From Candidatus Hermodarchaeota archaeon (GTDB lineage: Archaea > Asgardarchaeota > Hermodarchaeia > Hermodarchaeales > Hermodarchaeaceae), in assembly GCA_016839365.1 (NCBI GenBank), contig JAEOUH010000053.1, forward strand, positions 1 to 38,221: a stretch of DNA of 38,221 bases, in the 5' to 3' direction. The notes under the pieces are model-generated. The model was not told where the DNA came from and ran no database searches. It was given only the letters and a program-made list of their open reading frames with translations. The translations under genes were made by a program, and so were the position numbers. Each line of letters starts with the position of its first letter. Positions within the stretch are counted from its first letter, which is position 1. Positions 9,811 through 16,448 of the stretch are shown piece after piece.

Positions 9811-10404
9811 CTATTCGATTAGGTCGAGTTTATTGAGGCGATACAAGAGGACTTCCACATCATCTTGGGTCATCCGCAGGTTTTCAGCGATTTCCTTTGG
9901 GGTTTTGTTGCCGCAACACTGTTTGGCGACATTATATTCGATTTCGCTGATTTGCCCTAATTTGACCATAAGTTTGGGAAGGCCTCGTTTTAGTTTGGGT
10001 TGGGGTGCATCCTTTTCGCCGATAAACCCGTTATTAAGCATTTGATTCAGTTCAGGAGTGAAGGAGAAGAAGACGAGTTTTCCATCCCATGCTTTGAGAG
10101 TTTCTTCATAAAGGTCTGAAAACCGTTCAATGACTTGGTCAAGGGCCTGAAGGACTTGGAGTCGGTTGTCTTCTTTGTCAACAACGGCAGCTATAACGAT
10201 GTAATCGCCAGCAGCATAGGTAATGTAGAATTCACCCATCTCGACGACGCGTGCTTCACCTTTCCCTTTTGAAATCATCCGGGCAAACTCACGGATTGCA
10301 GAAAAAAAGCCGGCCACTAGCGTCGAGTCAAGTTCTAATTCTCCAAATTTTTGGTCAAGGAGACAGACCCCGCTGGGATGCATCAGATAAACTACGTGTA
10401 GCAT
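9811..10404 (-). CDS. Longin-like domain protein with C-terminal winged HTH
   Basis: Starts at ATG 10404: MLHVVYLMHPSGVCLL...LDSTLVAGFFSAIREFA...F..ELNQML fits the longin/adaptin-sigma pattern. C-terminal KTPKEIAENLRMTQDDVEVLLYRLNKLDLI is an HTH. The track's extension to 10728 reads through the tRNA. Confidence 0.8.
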   Translation of the reverse strand: MLHVVYLMHPSGVCLLDQKFGELELDSTLVAGFFSAIREFARMISKGKGEARVVEMGEFYITYAAGDYIVIAAVVDKEDNRLQVLQALDQVIERFSDLYEETLKAWDGKLVFFSFTPELNQMLNNGFIGEKDAPQPKLKRGLPKLMVKLGQISEIEYNVAKQCCGNKTPKEIAENLRMTQDDVEVLLYRLNKLDLIE

Positions 10405-10459
10405 GCGTAAGGCCCCGTGGGAGAGGAAATCCGTAGTAGAAGCTAGGGTATTCGCAGTC

Positions 10460-10464
10460 AAAAA
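10460..10464 (-). terminator. Possible oligo-T terminator after the tRNA
   Basis: TTTTT on the - strand, 16 nt after the CCA. Confidence 0.35.
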
Positions 10465-10497
10465 GGTAACGATGGGAAATTGGTGCGGGGGGAGGGA

Positions 10498-10524
10498 TTT
10501 TCGGAGCTCGCAGTGCGCTGTTCC
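10498..10524 (-). other. tRNA intron 4, position 59/60 (27 nt)
   Basis: Outer GAGGG/CCCUC, central UUCG/CGAA, bulges AA|G and AA|U, inner GA/UC. Confidence 0.9.
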
Positions 10525-10555
10525 TTCGAACCCTCGAACCGCTGCCGGACAGGAT

Positions 10556-10576
10556 GTCTCATTTACCTGGTTAGAT
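10556..10576 (-). other. tRNA intron 3, canonical position 37/38 (21 nt)
   Basis: Central CUCA/UGAG, bulges AG|A and AC|A; the outer helix is the anticodon stem. Confidence 0.92.
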
Positions 10577-10583
10577 CTTGAGT

Positions 10584-10613
10584 AACGCCGTCTACCTGCC
10601 CTTGCAGGCGACT
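10584..10613 (-). other. tRNA intron 2, position 30/31 (30 nt)
   Basis: Relaxed BHB: central CGCA/GGCG (one A-G mismatch), bulges GG|A and UU|A, inner hairpin GUCGCCUGC/GCAGGUAGAC. A 31/32 register gives the same product. Confidence 0.82.
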
Positions 10614-10638
10614 CCTGCGCCGTTAACCAGGCTTGGCT

Positions 10639-10661
10639 GTGGGGTCTCCACCAGAAGAGAT
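10639..10661 (-). other. tRNA intron 1, position 8/9 (23 nt)
   Basis: Strict hBHBh': outer UGGC/GCCA, central GGGG/CCCC, bulges GU|A and AC|A, inner UCUCU/GGAGA. Confidence 0.9.
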
Positions 10662-10745
10662 ACCCCCGCCACCTGTAAGGCGGCAAAGACCCCTTTCGGA
10701 AGGGTCCCCCGCACGAGAGTTGTGGCAAAGGATTATTTCTGAATG

Positions 10746-10762
10746 TTTTAAACGTTTGTTTT
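10746..10762 (-). promoter_or_regulatory. BRE/TATA promoter of the tRNA
   Basis: AAAACAAACG-TTTAAAA on the - strand; implies a start site near 10725 and a leader of about 55 nt. Confidence 0.6.
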
Positions 10763-10862
10763 CAATTTTTATACAGCCTAATCCTTGAAAAGCTTCAACT
10801 AAACAGCTATATAGTTAGAGCGTTAAAACGCGAATTCACCTAATGAACTGGGGTCTTGTAAA

Positions 10863-11255
10863 ATGAGTAAGATTCCTGCTGATTTGCTGTATACAAAGGA
10901 ACACGAATGGGTTCGCCAAGAGGACGGTGTTGTGCGTGTGGGCATCACTGATTATGCCCAAGAAGAGTTGCACGAGATTGTCATGGTGGAACTACCTTCG
11001 GTAGGCACTGCTGTTAAGACCAATGAGGTGTTTGGCACCGTTGATTCGGTGAAAGCCACCTCGGAGCTATTCTCACCGGTCTCAGGTGAAGTAGTTGAGA
11101 TGAATGAAAAGCTTGAGGAAGCGCCAGAACTGGTAAACAATGATCCATACGGTGATGGATGGATGGTAACCATTAAGCTTGCAGACCCTCATGAGGTAAA
11201 GAACCTCATGAACGCGGAAGCTTACAAGGGTTTCCTTGAAGGACTGACTAAATAG
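10863..11255 (+). CDS. gcvH: Glycine cleavage system H protein (lipoyl carrier)
   Basis: YTKEHEW, GITDYAQ, SVKATSELFSP with the lipoyl Lys, NNDPYGDGW. Confidence 0.96.
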   Translation: MSKIPADLLYTKEHEWVRQEDGVVRVGITDYAQEELHEIVMVELPSVGTAVKTNEVFGTVDSVKATSELFSPVSGEVVEMNEKLEEAPELVNNDPYGDGWMVTIKLADPHEVKNLMNAEAYKGFLEGLTK

Positions 11256-11345
11256 TCATTGAAAAGTCTGGTGTGGTCGGTACGAGAAATTTTTTAAGTA
11301 CACGTAATTATCATGGCACCACTTTACATGCCTAATGGTGAATGA

Positions 11346-14300
11346 ATGTCTGTACGCGGCGCGCTACGGTCCATATGGTCTTTTCTTCGTCGATACATAC
11401 ATGGACCAAGGATGGAAATTTCCAGATCAAATATCATAGCAGCCGTCGCGCTCATTATCATCTGCCTTATCACTCTAATGCTTCGGCTTCTCCCCATGAT
11501 CGGATTCGAGATTTTAGTACGCGCATTTGATCCTTGGTATAACATCCGAGAAGTTGAATTTATTTTGCAAAACGGGTTCGGCGCCTGGTTTGGCTGGTAT
11601 GATTGGACCACATGGGTCCCCTATGGTCGGAATATTCCCCGAACCTCATATCCCGGTATCCCGTTTACTGCCACATTTATGTACTTAGCATTTCATGCTC
11701 TGGGAATCAATGTCGATGTCATGACTGTAGTGGTCCTGTTCCCGGCGCTAATGGGTGTTTTTGGTGTTTTAGCCATCTATGCGTTGGGTGTTGAAGTAAG
11801 CTCCAAGGAGGTTGGTCTTCTGGCCGCCTTCTTTATGGCGGTTCTGCCTGCCTATACTCAACGGACCATTGCTGGATTCTTTGACAATGAAGCCGTTGGT
11901 ATTCTTGCTATTCTTCTTACCTTTTTCTTCTTCATCCGCGCCATGCGGAAAGGTTCAATCGCCTCAGCAATTTTGGGTGGTTTGTCATTAGGCTATCTTT
12001 CTGCAAGCTGGAGCGTATATCTGTACGTGTTCCAGATTTTTGCAATCTTTGCCCTTATCATGGTGCTACTTCGCCGGTATTCTCGTCGACTCCTAGTGGC
12101 ATATTCAGGTGTCGTCATCACCGGTATGATCATTGCGGTTTGTGTCCCCCGTATCGGTCCTGACTGGCCAACCGGTACCACGGGTTTGATACCATTAGGT
12201 GTTTGGGGCCTTCTGTTATTAGTTGAATTTAGTCGCACCTTTCGATTATCTGAACTCGGTCTCCCCAACCGTTTGACAGGTCTAGCTACACGGATTCGCC
12301 CCTATTTTGGTTATATCTTCGGGGCAATGTGTGCTCTAATTGTAGTAGGATTGGGCTATCTATACCAATCCGGTTTGATACTTACGCTCGCTTCAGGAGA
12401 AGCCCCGGGAATTCTTGGAAACCTCGGGAGTAAGTTTTACACCGTAATTGATCCATTGATACGACAAAACGCATTTCTCCTCGCATCCGTGGGCGAGCAT
12501 CTGCCTTCCCCATGGGCCACTTTCTGGTATAATTTGAGCTTCTTAATCCTGCTTATGCCATTCGGATTCTACATTGCTTTTCAACGTGAACGCGAAACGG
12601 ACATCTTGCTCATTATCTTCGCTCTTACCGCACTATATTTCACAGGATCGATGATTCGACTGACACTCATTCTCGCTCCTGCAGCCTCTATCCTCGGCGC
12701 ATATGGACTTTTAATGGCGATGCGTCCCTTCCGCCCCATCTTTTGGCAACGCCCCATTCTCACTCGACGCCGGCGTCGCATTACCCCTCCGGTTGGACGA
12801 GGATTTGCTAGCATCGCATACCTATTTATCATCGTGTTGCTCCTTGCCACGACGATTAACGCCATTGACGCCGTTAACGGCATGGGAAGCCCTGAAATTA
12901 CACCCGGATGGCGCGATCAATATACAGGAGATCCAGCCTTCCTTCGAGATTATCTCGAGACGTTCTCGTGGATGCAACACCACACCCCTCAGGGAAGCAT
13001 TTTCGTGTCCTGGTGGGATTACGGTTATTGGACCCGACAGGCGGGTGATCGGTTCACCGTAGTCGATAACGCGACGAACAACAAAACCCAGATAGCATGG
13101 GTAGGTCGGATGTTAATGGAAACCGATCCTATAGCAGCGCTTAGAATATGTCAAATGTTCGACATAGACTATGCCTTTGCGCATTTCGGGCTAAATAACC
13201 CCGGATTAAGTGGCGATGAGGGCAAGTGGCAGTGGATGATCCGTATTGCTGGCGAAGTCTTTGGCGATGAAGTCCCCAACGAGTTTATCTTCTGGGATCC
13301 ACAGCGGCAAACTTACCTTGAGCCATTCTTCAACACAATCCTATACAATATGCTCTGGCTTAACGCGAGCCTCGTAGGGGTTAATCCCCCAACACTGAAT
13401 ACTACTAATAATCCTGGACCAGCACCGAGCTTAACTACCGAACCAGGTCGAACGATTTTCAGCCTCTTTGTCCCTACCTATTTCAGCCAAACACAGCTAA
13501 TGAAGGTTTACCAGTGTAATTACACGTATATTGAAAGTGGTATGGAGATTACAGGTGCCAGTGCTTTTCCTGTGCACCAAGGTAGTACTGAGGCTGAAGA
13601 CCTCTCACAGATTATTGTAAAAGTACATAACACGGGTATTCATCCCCTTACTATTGCTAATGCAACAATTGTGTACTGGGATGAGCGACTGGGACAAAAC
13701 AGAGTGTATCAGCCCCTCGATTTCTATCTAACAACAGATACGAGTAATATGACGATTTTACCTGAAGAGACTGTTATGTTACACATTCGGACGCAACGCT
13801 TCTTCACTGTGGGCACTGATATCAACGTCACAATTAATGCAGCTGGATTTTGGCCCCCACTAGAAGCCAGTATTACAGTGCCAGTCAGACCGACACCAGC
13901 TTATGAGTTGACTGGTCTTGTTGCCAATTCTTGGGCCTATGATAACGGCACCATCTACGTAGAGGTTCAAAATACTGGAGAAGGTTTCATCGAGGTTGAC
14001 GAGGAAGGTCGCCTTAATGACGATGATTTTTCGATCGAGAACGCTATTCTTACGCGGGGGCGCGTACTATTCACTGGTGAGACTCTGGGAATCACCATTG
14101 ACGCCGACTATTGGAATGTTGATTTAGTTGCTGGAGAAGTAGTAACTGTGCAGCTGCACTATATGAGCAGCCAACCCCTATATGCCGGCTTGAATGTGAC
14201 AATCCCCATCACGATACAGGCGGCACCCCCTCCCCCGAGTTCCTCCAAAGCTGGACCAGCTAGTTCATTGACGGAATTTACGCCACCTTTATCGGTGACC

Positions 14301-14396
14301 AATATTTTTGAAGAGAGTTATCTAGACCCCATTTCATTCTCGGTGCTGTGCTTCATGATTAGCTCTCTTTTCATCTTTCGCCGATATACGCCGTAA
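11346..14396 (+). CDS. aglB: Oligosaccharyltransferase AglB/STT3 with a long C-terminal extension
   Basis: FDPWYN, GFFDNE, SVGEH, WWDYG, DNAT, D..K motifs and many TM helices; C-terminal beta-rich domains. Confidence 0.95.
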   Translation: MSVRGALRSIWSFLRRYIHGPRMEISRSNIIAAVALIIICLITLMLRLLPMIGFEILVRAFDPWYNIREVEFILQNGFGAWFGWYDWTTWVPYGRNIPRTSYPGIPFTATFMYLAFHALGINVDVMTVVVLFPALMGVFGVLAIYALGVEVSSKEVGLLAAFFMAVLPAYTQRTIAGFFDNEAVGILAILLTFFFFIRAMRKGSIASAILGGLSLGYLSASWSVYLYVFQIFAIFALIMVLLRRYSRRLLVAYSGVVITGMIIAVCVPRIGPDWPTGTTGLIPLGVWGLLLLVEFSRTFRLSELGLPNRLTGLATRIRPYFGYIFGAMCALIVVGLGYLYQSGLILTLASGEAPGILGNLGSKFYTVIDPLIRQNAFLLASVGEHLPSPWATFWYNLSFLILLMPFGFYIAFQRERETDILLIIFALTALYFTGSMIRLTLILAPAASILGAYGLLMAMRPFRPIFWQRPILTRRRRRITPPVGRGFASIAYLFIIVLLLATTINAIDAVNGMGSPEITPGWRDQYTGDPAFLRDYLETFSWMQHHTPQGSIFVSWWDYGYWTRQAGDRFTVVDNATNNKTQIAWVGRMLMETDPIAALRICQMFDIDYAFAHFGLNNPGLSGDEGKWQWMIRIAGEVFGDEVPNEFIFWDPQRQTYLEPFFNTILYNMLWLNASLVGVNPPTLNTTNNPGPAPSLTTEPGRTIFSLFVPTYFSQTQLMKVYQCNYTYIESGMEITGASAFPVHQGSTEAEDLSQIIVKVHNTGIHPLTIANATIVYWDERLGQNRVYQPLDFYLTTDTSNMTILPEETVMLHIRTQRFFTVGTDINVTINAAGFWPPLEASITVPVRPTPAYELTGLVANSWAYDNGTIYVEVQNTGEGFIEVDEEGRLNDDDFSIENAILTRGRVLFTGETLGITIDADYWNVDLVAGEVVTVQLHYMSSQPLYAGLNVTIPITIQAAPPPPSSSKAGPASSLTEFTPPLSVTNIFEESYLDPISFSVLCFMISSLFIFRRYTP

Positions 14397-14518
14397 CGGT
14401 CTTCAATGGAGAATCTTGCCGGGTGGGCATTTTCGACCGATCCTTTACACTTAGGACAAAGTGTAGAGTTAAGTGTGTAGGTATTACACTGACGACATTT
14501 TTTCAGAAGTTTGGTCAG
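14318..14518 (-). CDS. nop10: H/ACA RNP protein Nop10; CTG start inferred
   Basis: Not in the track; translated by hand: (L/M)TKLLKKCRQCNTYTLNSTLCPKCKGSVENAHPARFSIEDRYGVYRRKMK... Zn ribbon plus HPARFSxxDxY signature, at the usual position after aIF2a. Confidence 0.93.
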   Translation of the reverse strand: MTKLLKKCRQCNTYTLNSTLCPKCKGSVENAHPARFSIEDRYGVYRRKMKRELIMKHSTENEMGSR

Positions 14519-14552
14519 TTACTTTTCCCTCGTATCATAGTTGGCTAGTGGA

Positions 14553-15368
14553 CTAGGATTGGGTGGTGACCTTCCCTTCGCCACCACATTCAGCAATGAT
14601 TTTCAGGCTCTTTTCAATAGCCTCTTGTAGCAGTTGTTCAGCCTGTTTGTAATCTTTTCCACTAACTTGAATTCGGTATCGGGGTGCCCCTTCAATGAAT
14701 ACACTTCCTCCTGACGGTTCAACAATGGCTTCGGCCCCGAGTAAGGCTTTGCGGATTCCTTCCACTCCCTCAGGCCCCCGACAGATAAGCTCAATGGTTT
14801 TTTCCACGCTGACATCCCTGATGAGCACATGTGCTTGGGCGAGTTCATATAATACATCAGCCCATTTTTTCGGAACGCCAATATCAGTTAGGCCTTTTGG
14901 ACCCTTTTCCTTGGCTTCTTCCAAGGCTTCAAGCATATCTGCGTAGTTAGCCTCCATGGCTTTTCCTGCGATTTCATAGGCTTCATTGGGTGTTTTTTTC
15001 ATCCGTTCAGCGGCTAAAGCCAGTAATTTGCTTCCGCGTTGAGCGCGTTTCCATTCTTGAATCTTCAAACGGCCTTGTTCTCTTGTAACACGCCGTAAGG
15101 AGGTATCAACTTGATTTCGATCAGCATCGACTCGAAGAACCTTAACAACTACCTTTTGATTTTCACGGACATAGTTTCGAATATTACGAACCCATGTTGA
15201 GGCGATCTCCGAAATGTGAATGAAACATTCCTGGTCTTTGAATTCATCCATTTGACAATAGGCTCCATGGGAGGTGATTCGGTTAACTGTTGCCAGAACT
15301 AAATCTCCGACTTCTGGAATGTTCGATTTTCCTGATGATTTACTACTGTCTTTGGACAAGGGATGCAC
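14553..15368 (-). CDS. eif2a: Translation initiation factor 2 alpha (start may be TTG 15359)
   Basis: S1 domain PEVGDLVLATV...IHISEIASTWVRNIR...VDTSLRRV, and GAPRYRI. Confidence 0.95.
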   Translation of the reverse strand: MHPLSKDSSKSSGKSNIPEVGDLVLATVNRITSHGAYCQMDEFKDQECFIHISEIASTWVRNIRNYVRENQKVVVKVLRVDADRNQVDTSLRRVTREQGRLKIQEWKRAQRGSKLLALAAERMKKTPNEAYEIAGKAMEANYADMLEALEEAKEKGPKGLTDIGVPKKWADVLYELAQAHVLIRDVSVEKTIELICRGPEGVEGIRKALLGAEAIVEPSGGSVFIEGAPRYRIQVSGKDYKQAEQLLQEAIEKSLKIIAECGGEGKVTTQS

Positions 15369-15402
15369 CTCTGGGTTGGAGTACCGGTGATGGTAGGAAG
15401 GT

Positions 15403-15600
15403 TTAACTTAGTTCTTGGATGACTTCTCCAAGGATTTGTGACTTTCCCCCAGTGGGTTGTGTTAGGGGCTTTCCGCACACATTACAGACGACCTTTTGAG
15501 TGGCCCATCCAAACACTGTCTGTTCATTGTCACATTCTTTGCATTTTACTAAAAGGAAGCGTGACCGGGGTTCGTCAATGGGCTTTTTCTTTTTTGTCAA
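15403..15600 (-). CDS. rps27e: Ribosomal protein S27e
   Basis: PRSRFLLVKCKECDNEQTVF...CNVCG...PTGGK; GGAGG precedes TTG 15600. Confidence 0.95.
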   Translation of the reverse strand: MTKKKKPIDEPRSRFLLVKCKECDNEQTVFGWATQKVVCNVCGKPLTQPTGGKSQILGEVIQELS

Positions 15601-15617
15601 CTTTTTTCCCTCCAAGG

Positions 15618-15893
15618 TTAGACTAGTTCCAATTTTTTCAGCCGAATACCCTCTCGGACAGTGACATGTTCACACTCTTTACACTTCAATCGGAGGGACT
15701 GTTTTTTGGTTACCTTTGAGAAGCGTTTTTGGATTTGCTTGGGTTGGGAACCGTATCCGGATACTTTTCGATCGTAGCGGCGTCGACCAGCCGAAAGGGT
15801 TCGTTCACGACCTTTCTTGTACAGACTAGCGGTATGTTCTGTGTGTTTTTTACACCGCGCACAGTAGGTTCTCATGGTTTTAGGAGCCTTCAT
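15618..15893 (-). CDS. rpl44e: Ribosomal protein L44e (eL42)
   Basis: MKAPKTMRTYCARCKKHTEH...GYGSQPK...LKCKEC. Confidence 0.96.
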   Translation of the reverse strand: MKAPKTMRTYCARCKKHTEHTASLYKKGRERTLSAGRRRYDRKVSGYGSQPKQIQKRFSKVTKKQSLRLKCKECEHVTVREGIRLKKLELV

Positions 15894-16434
15894 GGTGAAT
15901 ATCACCTAGTTCAACAGGTTCTGCTTGATTTTTTCTAATGATTAGCCGGGCGTTTTCAGCAGGAAGCGCCGCGAGGTCATCCGCTTTGAAAGGTCCGTAG
16001 GTTTTTAAATCTACTCCAACGAGCTGCGGGTGTTCATCGAGAAAACGCACAACCAACAACTTTGACGGGCCGTTGGCATCTAAAGAAGCAAATAAATCTT
16101 CTGCAGGCATGAGCGCTGAACGAAGGTTGCGGGTCACTTGGTCCGCAAACCGACGCTCGTTTCCAGTTAGGAGGTCGTAATCGATATCCTGTTCAACGAG
16201 TTTGGCAAGTATCTTTTCTACCCGCATGGTAAGCAGACTTCTCATCATAAATCGCAGATTCATTAACTCGGTTTCAAACAATTGTCGTTGAATTTCAGAC
16301 GTATTTTGTGCCTGACTTCGTTCAAGCACTTGCACTACGTAGTCCCGAAGGTTCTGGAGGAAAGAATCACGGAGAGGAAGCAGGTCTGACGAGTCACGTT
16401 CTGCTTGCCATCGTTCGAGGAGTGTAGCATACAC
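15880..16434 (-). CDS. GINS subunit (Gins51/Gins15 type)
   Basis: Helical A domain (R..KI, LT..E..F) and B domain VRFL...LVGVDLKTYGPFKADDLAALPAENA; conserved position next to priS. Confidence 0.88.
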   Translation of the reverse strand: MYATLLERWQAERDSSDLLPLRDSFLQNLRDYVVQVLERSQAQNTSEIQRQLFETELMNLRFMMRSLLTMRVEKILAKLVEQDIDYDLLTGNERRFADQVTRNLRSALMPAEDLFASLDANGPSKLLVVRFLDEHPQLVGVDLKTYGPFKADDLAALPAENARLIIRKNQAEPVELGDIHHEGS

Positions 16435-16448
16435 GGGGGAAGCCTCCT

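Larger units (their letters stand above)
10481..10669 (-). tRNA. trnL-CAA: tRNA-Leu(CAA) with four BHB introns; CCA encoded
   Basis: Joining exons 10669-10662, 10638-10614, 10583-10577, 10555-10525 and 10497-10481 gives 88 nt: GCGGGGGU AGCCAAGCCUGGUUAACGGCGCAGG ACUCAAG AUCCUGUCCGGCAGCGGUUCGAGGGUUCGAA UCCCUCCCCCCGCACCA. This has a 7-bp acceptor stem GCGGGGG/CCCCCGC, D arm, anticodon stem CAGGA/UCCUG with loop CUCAAGA, a Leu-type variable arm CCG-GCAG-CGG, T arm GAGGG-UUCGAAU-CCCUC, A73 and CCA. Confidence 0.95.

Noticed and set aside
10663-10712. Fifth intron between the two GCGGGGG copies
   Set aside because: The registers I tested gave no convincing BHB; kept only as an alternative in the leader finding.
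10481-10714. RNase P RNA, SRP RNA or ribozyme
   Set aside because: No RNase P P4 consensus or SRP helix-8 motif; the intron-containing tRNA plus leader explains the region.
10405-10728. 108-aa N-terminal extension of the longin ORF
   Set aside because: It reads through the tRNA gene; protein-like sequence starts at ATG 10404.
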